Of a stretch of DNA of 64,000 bases, positions 27,191-36,419 are shown piece after piece. The notes beneath the pieces are model-generated. The model was not told the DNA's origin and did no database searches. It worked only from the letters and a program-made list of their open reading frames with translations. Source of the stretch: a virus; IMG/VR virus record IMGVR_UViG_3300046169_000081, positions 2,406 to 66,405 of that record. One strand, written 5' to 3'. The stretch's first letter is position 1, and each line of letters opens with the position of its first letter. Both the position numbers and the translations under genes were made by a program.

Positions 27191-28171
27191 ATGAATAAAA
27201 ATATTTTTAAACCTAGAACAAATATACTCCCTTATGAATACCCACAATTACTTGCCTACAAAGATGCCATCCGCCACTCATATTGGATAGACACAGAATT
27301 TAATTTTACAGAAGATATCCAAGATTATAAAGTTAACATCACACCAAAAGAAAAAGATGTTATTAAAAAAACAATGCTCGCTATTGCACAAATAGAAGTT
27401 AATGTAAAAACCTTTTGGGGTGATCTTTACAAGCGTATGCCAATCACAGAGATAGGTGATGTAGGGTTTACTTTTGCTGAGTCAGAGGTAAGACATAAAG
27501 ATGCTTATGCTAGACTTTTGCGTATATTAGGTTTAGAAAATGAATTTCAAAATGTGATTAATGAACCAGCAATAGAGGGAAGGCTTAAGTATTTAAAAAA
27601 GTATCTTGATGGTACTCGCTCTAGAGATGACAAGATGTACACTAAGTCTGTATTATTGTTCTCATTATTTATTGAACACGTAAGTTTATTTAGTCAGTTC
27701 TTAATTATGATGAGTTTCAACAAAGAGAAAAACGTACTTAAAGGTATTTCTAATGTAGTTGAAGCTACAAGTAAAGAGGAAGAGATACATGGTAACTTTG
27801 GAGCTGAAATCATAAATATTATTAAAAAGGAGAACCCTGAGTGGTTTGATGCTGAATTTGAAGATCTAATTTATTCAGCATGTAAGAAAGCCTATATAGC
27901 TGAATGTGGTATATTAGATTGGATATTTGAAAAAGGTGAACTTGAGTTTCTACCTAAAGAAACTATTTTTCATTTTATAAAAAATAGATTTAATAACTCA
28001 TTGGAAAAAATAGGAATCAAACCCATCTTTGAAGTTGATGAAAATAAACTAAAATCAGTTGAGTGGTTTGATATTGAAATCACTGGTACTAAAGAAGGAG
28101 ACTTCTTTTATAAAAAGAGTGTAGACTATAATAAGAAAAGCAAGAGCATCACTGTAGATGACTTATTTTAA
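27191..28171 (+). CDS. nrdB: ribonucleotide reductase class I beta subunit
   Basis: Metal ligands QIE, ESEVRHKDAY, IEHVSLFSQF, KEEEIHG; C-terminal DFF...DY. Confidence 0.93.
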   Translation: MNKNIFKPRTNILPYEYPQLLAYKDAIRHSYWIDTEFNFTEDIQDYKVNITPKEKDVIKKTMLAIAQIEVNVKTFWGDLYKRMPITEIGDVGFTFAESEVRHKDAYARLLRILGLENEFQNVINEPAIEGRLKYLKKYLDGTRSRDDKMYTKSVLLFSLFIEHVSLFSQFLIMMSFNKEKNVLKGISNVVEATSKEEEIHGNFGAEIINIIKKENPEWFDAEFEDLIYSACKKAYIAECGILDWIFEKGELEFLPKETIFHFIKNRFNNSLEKIGIKPIFEVDENKLKSVEWFDIEITGTKEGDFFYKKSVDYNKKSKSITVDDLF

Positions 28172-29810
28172 TAAACCAACAACCATGGAATATAATAGAT
28201 ACTACTGGCTGAATGAAGACAGCCGCACATTTTTATCAAGAGGGTATATATCAGAAAGCCCTGAACAAAGAATCAAAGACATTGCTATAAAGGCAGAGAA
28301 ATATTTGAATATAAAAGGCTTTGCTGAAAAGTTTGAGGATTATATGGCAAGAGGATTTTACTCTTTGTCTACTCCTGTATGGATTAACTTTGGTAAACAA
28401 AAAGGTTTACCTATCAGCTGTTATGGATCTAATATAGATGATAACTTAGATAGTATACTTAACGCAGGACGTGAGATAGGTATGATGTCTAAGTATGGTG
28501 GTGGTACTAGTGCTTACTTGGGTAATATTAGACCTAGAGGTAGCGTAATATCAACCGGGGGTCATGCTGATGGACCAATTCATTATGCTAGAATGTATGA
28601 CACTGTAGTGGATGTATGCAAACAATCAGAAGCTAGACGTGGAGCTTGTGCAGTATATTTACCAGTTGAGCATGCTGACATAGATGAGTTCTTAGATATT
28701 GGTACTGAGGGTAATCCAATACAAAACTTGCAGTATGGTGTTACAGTAAGTGATGCCTGGATGCAAGAAATGAAAGATGGGGATAGAAAGAAACGTAAGA
28801 TATGGGCAAAAATAATTCAGCGTAGATCTGAGTTTGGCTTTCCTTATATTATGTTTAAGGATAACACCAATAATAATACACCTTACAAAGATATGGGAAT
28901 GGAGATCACAGCTTCAAATTTATGCTCAGAGATCCAGCTTCCTACAGATAGTTATAATTCTTTTGTATGCTGCCTAGGTTCTATAAATGTATTACACTGG
29001 GATGAAATAAAAGAGACAGATGCTATACAGACATATGTATATTTTCTTAATGCTGTAATGGATGAGTTTATCATAAAAGCTGAAACTATGCCCGGTATGA
29101 AGAGAGCATATAACTTTGCTAGTAAACACAGAGCCATTGGTTTAGGAGTTCTTGGATATCATTCTTTATTTCAGTCTAAGTTAATTGAGTTTGACTCAAT
29201 ACAAGCTAAAGGGTTAAATAGTGAAATATTCAGAACAATAAAAGATAGAAGTGAAATAGCATCAAGAAAACTGCACACTGACTATGGATATAAGTGTTTA
29301 AGAGAAGGATATGCCAACACTACACTAATGGCCATTGCTCCTACTAAATCTAGTAGTTTTATCCACGGTGCAGTGTCTATGGGAATAGAGCCTATTAAGT
29401 CTAACTACTTTGTAAAAGATCTTGCTAAGTCTAAGACTGTATATAAAAACCCTTATTTAGAGAGTGAGCTTGAAAAGTATGGATTAAATACAGATAAAAC
29501 TTGGAAGTCTATTCTAAGTAAAGATGGTAGTGTTCAACACTTAGACTTTCCTACTAAAGCTGTGTTTAAATCTTTTGTTGAGATCTCACCTAAAGAGATT
29601 GTTTTGCAAGCAGCTCAAAGACAAAAATATATTGATCAGTCACAGTCACTTAATTTAATGATTGATCCATCTGTGTCTGCTAAGCATATTAACCAATTAT
29701 ATTTATATGCTTGGGAAGAAGGGGTAAAGACTTTATACTATCAATTTAGTAAAAGTAGTGCTCAAGACTTTGCTCGTAATATATTAGAATGCGCTAGTTG
29801 TGAGGGGTAG
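28158..29810 (+). CDS. nrdA: ribonucleotide reductase class I alpha subunit, no ATP cone (likely start M at 28185)
   Basis: LPISC, SKYGGG, RRGACA, SNLCSEI, IAPTKSSS, KTLYY, C-terminal CASCEG. Confidence 0.95.
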   Translation: MTYFNKPTTMEYNRYYWLNEDSRTFLSRGYISESPEQRIKDIAIKAEKYLNIKGFAEKFEDYMARGFYSLSTPVWINFGKQKGLPISCYGSNIDDNLDSILNAGREIGMMSKYGGGTSAYLGNIRPRGSVISTGGHADGPIHYARMYDTVVDVCKQSEARRGACAVYLPVEHADIDEFLDIGTEGNPIQNLQYGVTVSDAWMQEMKDGDRKKRKIWAKIIQRRSEFGFPYIMFKDNTNNNTPYKDMGMEITASNLCSEIQLPTDSYNSFVCCLGSINVLHWDEIKETDAIQTYVYFLNAVMDEFIIKAETMPGMKRAYNFASKHRAIGLGVLGYHSLFQSKLIEFDSIQAKGLNSEIFRTIKDRSEIASRKLHTDYGYKCLREGYANTTLMAIAPTKSSSFIHGAVSMGIEPIKSNYFVKDLAKSKTVYKNPYLESELEKYGLNTDKTWKSILSKDGSVQHLDFPTKAVFKSFVEISPKEIVLQAAQRQKYIDQSQSLNLMIDPSVSAKHINQLYLYAWEEGVKTLYYQFSKSSAQDFARNILECASCEG

Positions 29811-29811
29811 T

Positions 29812-30225
29812 TTACTTTCTTAAACCTTTGTGATTATCAATTCTATCAAGAATTTTATTAAGTTCTTCTGTCTTTATTAAGCCGGCCATAGAAGCATTTT
29901 TTAATGCACTTACAAGTTGTAGTATCATGAACGGTACAACAACAACCTCGGATAGCCAACCTGTTCCTGAAAATCCTTTTTCAACCATAAGGAGAACGGT
30001 TAGGATGGCTATCCACACAAAGGTGTTTCTTGTTATCTTCAGTGCTTTATAAGTTTTAAAACCTTCTCTTTTTATTCCTGCCCAAATTCCAAATATACCG
30101 TCTAACCATAATACAGAACAAACAGCTAAGTACTGTTCCATATTTTCCATAGATAAATTAAGAAAGTATGTACATAAATATGTACAAAAAGCTGTTATCC
30201 CCACTATAATTATTTTAGTTGTCAT
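29812..30225 (-). CDS. phage holin (holin_4-like)
   Basis: Several TM segments, LDGIFGIWAG, LVSALKNASMAG, charged C-terminus. Confidence 0.7.
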   Translation of the reverse strand: MTTKIIIVGITAFCTYLCTYFLNLSMENMEQYLAVCSVLWLDGIFGIWAGIKREGFKTYKALKITRNTFVWIAILTVLLMVEKGFSGTGWLSEVVVVPFMILQLVSALKNASMAGLIKTEELNKILDRIDNHKGLRK

Positions 30226-30233
30226 GTTAATAC

Positions 30234-30566
30234 TTATTCATTTATACAGCTCTCAATTTCTTTTACTTTTAATTTTAATATGTCAATATCATTAACTGCT
30301 TTTTCTTGGTACTTTTCTAAATATAATAATCTCATATTCTGTTCAGCGTCATCAGGTAATGATCCTAACTCTCCCCTTGGCCACTTTACTCTAAACTCTG
30401 AATTCATTTCAAGTTCGGATTCCATTCTCATTAGATTAATTTCTAACTGTTGAATCTGCGCTACTAGTGTAAAATAAACACCTGCTATAGATAATAAACC
30501 AAAACAAATAGCAACAATGGTTTTTACATTTACATTTAAACGTGTATCTTCAGATAACTCTTTCAT
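30234..30566 (-). CDS. membrane-anchored coiled-coil protein (possible lysis accessory)
   Basis: One N-terminal TM segment then heptads; next to the holin. Confidence 0.55.
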   Translation of the reverse strand: MKELSEDTRLNVNVKTIVAICFGLLSIAGVYFTLVAQIQQLEINLMRMESELEMNSEFRVKWPRGELGSLPDDAEQNMRLLYLEKYQEKAVNDIDILKLKVKEIESCINE

Positions 30567-30589
30567 GGTAGATTATAGGGTTTATACTA

Positions 30590-30603
30590 TAATATACTAA
30601 AAC
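30590..30603 (-). promoter_or_regulatory. putative phage promoter motif TTTTAGTATATTA
   Basis: Same GTATATTA core as 26787, 26862 and 58803; about 24 nt upstream of ORF 30566. Confidence 0.45.
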
Positions 30604-30641
30604 TTACTGACACAATTCTATTTTATATCTGTAAATTTGTC

Positions 30642-33600
30642 TTACTTGATATAAAAATCATCAAGTTTTTCAAATGCACCCCACTTTTGAACTGTATATA
30701 TTAAAGGTATAACATCAGCCCAGTTTTTATAAACTTTGAGCTGCCCTTTTCTTGGTCTATTTTGATATACTACAGCAGAGTCATCTGCAAATTCTTGATC
30801 GGTTAGAGTCAGTGATTTAACACCTGTTAAAACGGATAGTTCTAAAGCCTGACCAAATTCCCCTAAAGTTCTTGTTGCTGCTATTGGTGTTTTAGCCATT
30901 TGATATGTTTGCTGTAGTCCACCTAAACCAGGTAGAGGAACAAATAGAATCATTTCACTATAAGTTCTGTCTGCTTGATAAGCAGCAAAGTTTTTAAGTT
31001 TCTTTTCTAATGGATCATCATCCGGGTCTGCACCTTTTAACATTAGTGATATTGCATATACAGCCATAACTATCATTGCTTCACCCAAAGTTCTATATAC
31101 ATTTTTAAGCATCATGTTTGCCTTCTCTTCACTATAGGTACCAGTTTCAGTCAAACCAAACTGTTTTTTAAATTCAGCACCAACTTCTTTTAAACCTAAA
31201 GTTTTTGATCCTCGCAAACCAACAACACCCATTTGAGTAAAGAAATTAATAAACTTCACAGCAGAAACATATCTACCTTCTAACCATCCTAAGTTTGAAT
31301 CATAATACATACCTTGGAATCTTGCTCTATATGCAGGCATTACCCATTTATGAAACTGAGCAATAAGTTTACCTAGAAAATTATTTTGGATAACCATCCT
31401 GTCTTCTCTAGCATAGTTACCATGTATTTGTTTATTTACTTCACGTATATTATTTCTTAGTCTTTTAAAGTAAGTTCTATCATAAGGGAATTCTTCTTTA
31501 GTTCTAAAGTCTATAACAGTATCAAAACCTTCTCTTAATTTACCTTCACCTGTAGATCTATCCCAATCAAATGCTTCATCTAATCCTATTGTCTCACCCG
31601 TTTTACTGTTTTTTATTAGAGTTGATTTAAGTATAGCCATTCCAATTTTGCTCTGAACCATATATTCAGCTCCTTGGTTAAATGAATAACCAATCTGAGT
31701 AAATCTTTCCCATACAGTTCCTTTCTCTGCAGAGCCTGTAACTTCTCGTAAATCTGAATCTGGATCCATCATTCTGAATTCATCCACTAACCATTCATAT
31801 TTACTAACAGGTTTTGTTACATCATAATCACTTTTCTTAAGCTGTAAAGTATTTAGTGTAGCAACTCTACCCGCTAAGTCTGCTAGTTCTCCGGCAACAT
31901 ATGAAGTTCTTCTTACTAAATTAGGTACAGCTTTAGTTATAAAATCTTTTTCTGCATCTGCATAAGCTCGTGGTGTAAAGTATAATCCACCTATACCTTC
32001 AATCCAGTTGTTCACTTGACCTAAAGTTGCGTTGTTGATATTACCAAATATGTTAAATGCAACGTAAGTTAGAGAAGAAAAATTAATTACTGCATTTGTA
32101 ACATTCTCTAAGGCGCCTTTTGTAACTTCTGAATTATCATAATAGACCATCTTCATAAACTGATGAGCTCTTCTTGCAGCATTACTTTGTAGGCCTTGAT
32201 AGTTTTTCTTACCTGTTTCTTTAGTAATGAAACCCTTAGTCTTATCATATACTTTTGATAGAAGAGTATTTGAATCAGGGGTTGTATAAGTTCTCATTTC
32301 AATAGCTTTGACCATTGCTTGCAATGTGCCTTCTACTTCACCCATTACTTCAAAGTTTTCAGCCATCCTGCCAAACTTTAAAAGACTGGTTGTCATATCT
32401 GTACTTACTTCACCTAGTGTAGGTTGTGATCTAAGTTTTACTGCTTGTGCCTCTAGCTTAGCTCTTTCTTTACTATATTGATTTACAGTTATAGCACCCG
32501 TAGTTCTTTTATTTTTTAATTCTTGTATTTGATTATATATATTTTCTAGTGCATCTTCTGCTCTAGCGTTACCGGTATAAAATACTGGAAGTGTGTCAAT
32601 TAAATTACCATCTTTATTAACCATGACCATTCTTTGCTCAGAAGTCTGAACAAAAAAGTTTTTTACACTTCTTAAAAAGTTTGGTACTAATCTAGCAAAG
32701 TATGATGGTTTTGCTTTTATTTCATCAGCAAAATTATTTCTAATAATAGGAACTTTACCAAGCATTTGACCTCTTGTTGCTCTAGGTAGTTTGTCAAGAA
32801 GCTCTTCATAGTTTTTAACAAACATTTCATAATAAGCTTTTCTTGCTTCACCTAATGCATCTTTAGGATTCATGATAGCCTCATACTTCTCACTTAGAAG
32901 GCTTTCTTGTTGACCCGTTTCTGTATTAAAAAATGAATCTTTAACTTCTACATATTCTGGTTTTACAGCATCATCAAACTTCATGTTTTCTTTAATGGCA
33001 CCGGTAGGTTCACCATTATTCCTATACATTTTAGTATATGTTAACTCTTGATAATACTTTGCTCTATAAGCATTATATGCTGTTATATCCACCCCTTGTT
33101 TTCTAACCCATCTTCCACCTTCATTATTAGAATAAGGTTGAAAGTATTCAAAATTAGCTCTAGCAGTTTTAAATTCTTGTGTATACTGATGATATTTTCC
33201 TGATGTTAATTGACCATCCTCATATCTTTCAGCAGCCATAAATTCTCTAAATGCTTGTTTTTTTCTATAAAGATCTTTATTAAATTCTATCTCTTCCGCT
33301 TTAGCATTTTCTAATGAATAAATAGGATAATACTCATATGGTTTTCCATTCTCATCATATAGTTGACCACGTATTTTTTGTTTTTCATTATTATATTTTT
33401 GACCTATACGTTGTACATATAAACCAGAAAAACTTCCATCATCTTCATATTCCAACATGAAATCATAAAGTCTATTTACATCTGTTTCTGGTGAAAGTCT
33501 TAATAAAGTTTGACCAGCCGTTAATAATTCTTTTTCTCTTTTTTCAATTCTATCTAAAAACTCTTGTCTCTGAAACTTTACTATCTTGTCCATAGTAGCA

Positions 33601-36410
33601 AGTATAGCATCTTTACTTGTTGACAAGTCTCTTGCATACAAATCAGAGTTGGCAATATCAGGAGCAAGATCTCTAACCATTGATCTAAGATCTGCTAAAG
33701 TAAATTCCATACCACCATGTGATTGTATAACTACCTCATCATCCTTTTTAGTTCCTTGAAATGCATAGTCTTTTATAACTTTTTCAACATAGTCTAAAAT
33801 TGCATCATTAATAAGGCCTTGACCTTTTCCAGAACCTGAAACAACTTTAGTACCTAGAAGTTTTCTTAATTCTATTTCAATACTACCTACTAAAGATCTT
33901 TGTGTTGCATTTAGTTCTTTATTTTCAGTTACTGCATATAGACCCTCAAAAGTTTCTAGAAATCTTTCAAAGTTTAATACATAGTATATATACTTAGGAT
34001 CTGATAAATTCTGTGGATCATTAATATATGCAGAAAAAGATTTCATTTGCCTTAGCGCATCTTGAAGTAATCTTGTATATACAGCAGATCTAGCAACAGG
34101 TCCTTCAGCTCTTGCAACACTAATCATTCCAATCGTACTTGCAATTTGTTCTCTAGCTTCTTCACCTTGTCTATCCATAAAGATATTATTCTGAGCTAGG
34201 TCAAAAGCTTTTTGTTTTTCTATTAATGCAACTTCATAAGCTTCTAATGCACCAGATACCGTACTCAAAGCGGGATATTCTGCAGGATCTATTTCTTCTG
34301 CAATGCCTTCCAACTCATCTATTTGAGATTCGGTTTTATATATTTGATCTTCTGCATCTTTAATTACTTGTTCTTCAATCTCTTTCTGCTTAGCTAAGTT
34401 ATATGCATCTGGTATAAGCATATCTACTTTATCAAGATTTTGAGTAGTAGCATGATTAGCATGACCATTAAACTTTAATTTATTACCTTTATAACTTGTA
34501 TGTAAACTAACAAGTGCATCTTCTCCATAAGCTATTTCGTATCCCATGTTTTCAACTAAACGTCTTATGATATTTAGTTCAAGAGAATCCTGAACACTTT
34601 GAGCCAAAGAAGATTCTCCAGATACTTGACTATACAAACTATTTTTATCTAATTCAACTTTAACTGTATAGTATGGACTAGTTTTTTCATAAGCAGCTTT
34701 AGCAATACCCTCAATACTTTGCAACCATTTCTTAGGGTCTGTACTGATGATGTTATCTTTATGCATTTGTATTTGAGCAACTTTTACTTTACCAGTTCTG
34801 GTTATAAAAACAAGATCTGCTTTAGCCGCAATCTGAGTATCTTTATCATGAAATACAACATTAGTTAGAAGCACGTCCCCTCTATCTCTTATTGTTTCAA
34901 TTTGATCTACTATATTATTAAATGTTTGTTCTGCAAGCGTCTCATCAATATTAGTTATTTGATCTTTTATTTCAGCAAATGTTCTTGCACCTGCAATAGC
35001 ATCAAGCATAGTATTAACATCTTCTTTAATTCCTATAGCCGCTTGATCTTGTTTAATACCAACTGCTTCTTTAGCAGATATATAAGGTGTTCTAGATGAT
35101 GGGTCATCTGATAAATTATAAAATTTACCATCTTGTTTATTTAAGATAACAAGATCTTCAGAGTTATATTCTAATTGTGCTGTACCAGATAAAGTATCCG
35201 ATAAGGTTTTAGTTTGATTTACATTATGGAATAATCTATCAATCATTCTTTTTTGTAAATCATTACCTTGAGCTTTTGCTTTATTAACAATATTTTTCTT
35301 ACCGGGAGATAGATTATATTTTACCTGACCATTCTTAGGTATTGTATAATCAAATCTAATTCCTTCTGTATTTAATAACTTTGCTATGTCAGTTAGTTTT
35401 GCATTTGGTGAAATATTACCAACTGTAATTACACCCGTCATAGCTTCTTGAAGATTTACTATAATATTTTTAAACCACTCTAATAAGTCTGTAATTAATT
35501 TTTGAAATCTTGTAGTGGGTTGTTTCTCATACTCATTATTAAAATGTCTAGATAATGCTTGAGTTACAACTTCAATATCTCTATCTTCCGCACTAAATCT
35601 TCTTTTATCATTATATGCATCCTCAATTTCTTGTGTCAACTCAGGAAAGTTTCTTTTTGCTTCTGCAAGTAAACCTTCAAATAAAGCAATGTTATCAACT
35701 TTGATGGCATCAACAAATGGGTGGAGTATTTCTTCTATGGCTGTTTCATCTGTTACTCTACCTTTTATAAGTACAGCATAACCCTGGTAATAAAAAGAAT
35801 TGATTTTACTAAATGGTACTTTGCTCTTAGCATAATAGTTAATGCTATTATAAATATCTTCAGCTTGTTTTACTGACATTAATCTTACATCAATATCAGG
35901 AAACATTTTCATTAAATGCATTACAACTTTTCTAGCTCTAGGTGTATCCCAAGATCTAGATGCTTCAAGCATATCTTTATTACTAAATAAACTAGAGTCA
36001 ATACTAACAGCAAATGTTTTAGGTGTTTTTCTTAAGGATACAGATTCACTAGATATATTATTAATACTTAAGTATTCATATAACCTTTCAATATTAGCCT
36101 TCACTAAATCAGGATCAGTCGCAAGATTTTCTTGGTTTGTATTAACAATATAGTATTCATTATTATAATTGTGTATAATACCTTCCCTTCTTAAATTATT
36201 TAGAAGTGCTTGTGCAAAATCTCTCTGTTTTAAATTAAAAGCAATTTTATTTTTTTTAAGTAGATCTGCTGCTTGCTCGGTAGTTGGTATTGCATCTGTT
36301 TTAGTAAATGATTGATACTGATCAATAACGTTGCCTGTTACTAAATCAGTACCATAAACATTCTTTAATGCTTTATATTCAACTGTATTTCTATTGTGAC
36401 ATTTACTCAT
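30642..36410 (-). CDS. giant virion cargo/ejection protein (1922 aa) with degenerate zincin and nuclease-like domains
   Basis: Follows the vRNAP gene; IEEILHPFV (HExxH variant), IAAKADLVFI...KVAQIQ (PD-(D/E)xK remnant), helical C-terminal region typical of phage ejection proteins. Confidence 0.7.
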   Translation of the reverse strand: MSKCHNRNTVEYKALKNVYGTDLVTGNVIDQYQSFTKTDAIPTTEQAADLLKKNKIAFNLKQRDFAQALLNNLRREGIIHNYNNEYYIVNTNQENLATDPDLVKANIERLYEYLSINNISSESVSLRKTPKTFAVSIDSSLFSNKDMLEASRSWDTPRARKVVMHLMKMFPDIDVRLMSVKQAEDIYNSINYYAKSKVPFSKINSFYYQGYAVLIKGRVTDETAIEEILHPFVDAIKVDNIALFEGLLAEAKRNFPELTQEIEDAYNDKRRFSAEDRDIEVVTQALSRHFNNEYEKQPTTRFQKLITDLLEWFKNIIVNLQEAMTGVITVGNISPNAKLTDIAKLLNTEGIRFDYTIPKNGQVKYNLSPGKKNIVNKAKAQGNDLQKRMIDRLFHNVNQTKTLSDTLSGTAQLEYNSEDLVILNKQDGKFYNLSDDPSSRTPYISAKEAVGIKQDQAAIGIKEDVNTMLDAIAGARTFAEIKDQITNIDETLAEQTFNNIVDQIETIRDRGDVLLTNVVFHDKDTQIAAKADLVFITRTGKVKVAQIQMHKDNIISTDPKKWLQSIEGIAKAAYEKTSPYYTVKVELDKNSLYSQVSGESSLAQSVQDSLELNIIRRLVENMGYEIAYGEDALVSLHTSYKGNKLKFNGHANHATTQNLDKVDMLIPDAYNLAKQKEIEEQVIKDAEDQIYKTESQIDELEGIAEEIDPAEYPALSTVSGALEAYEVALIEKQKAFDLAQNNIFMDRQGEEAREQIASTIGMISVARAEGPVARSAVYTRLLQDALRQMKSFSAYINDPQNLSDPKYIYYVLNFERFLETFEGLYAVTENKELNATQRSLVGSIEIELRKLLGTKVVSGSGKGQGLINDAILDYVEKVIKDYAFQGTKKDDEVVIQSHGGMEFTLADLRSMVRDLAPDIANSDLYARDLSTSKDAILATMDKIVKFQRQEFLDRIEKREKELLTAGQTLLRLSPETDVNRLYDFMLEYEDDGSFSGLYVQRIGQKYNNEKQKIRGQLYDENGKPYEYYPIYSLENAKAEEIEFNKDLYRKKQAFREFMAAERYEDGQLTSGKYHQYTQEFKTARANFEYFQPYSNNEGGRWVRKQGVDITAYNAYRAKYYQELTYTKMYRNNGEPTGAIKENMKFDDAVKPEYVEVKDSFFNTETGQQESLLSEKYEAIMNPKDALGEARKAYYEMFVKNYEELLDKLPRATRGQMLGKVPIIRNNFADEIKAKPSYFARLVPNFLRSVKNFFVQTSEQRMVMVNKDGNLIDTLPVFYTGNARAEDALENIYNQIQELKNKRTTGAITVNQYSKERAKLEAQAVKLRSQPTLGEVSTDMTTSLLKFGRMAENFEVMGEVEGTLQAMVKAIEMRTYTTPDSNTLLSKVYDKTKGFITKETGKKNYQGLQSNAARRAHQFMKMVYYDNSEVTKGALENVTNAVINFSSLTYVAFNIFGNINNATLGQVNNWIEGIGGLYFTPRAYADAEKDFITKAVPNLVRRTSYVAGELADLAGRVATLNTLQLKKSDYDVTKPVSKYEWLVDEFRMMDPDSDLREVTGSAEKGTVWERFTQIGYSFNQGAEYMVQSKIGMAILKSTLIKNSKTGETIGLDEAFDWDRSTGEGKLREGFDTVIDFRTKEEFPYDRTYFKRLRNNIREVNKQIHGNYAREDRMVIQNNFLGKLIAQFHKWVMPAYRARFQGMYYDSNLGWLEGRYVSAVKFINFFTQMGVVGLRGSKTLGLKEVGAEFKKQFGLTETGTYSEEKANMMLKNVYRTLGEAMIVMAVYAISLMLKGADPDDDPLEKKLKNFAAYQADRTYSEMILFVPLPGLGGLQQTYQMAKTPIAATRTLGEFGQALELSVLTGVKSLTLTDQEFADDSAVVYQNRPRKGQLKVYKNWADVIPLIYTVQKWGAFEKLDDFYIK

Positions 36411-36419
36411 CGTTGCTTT

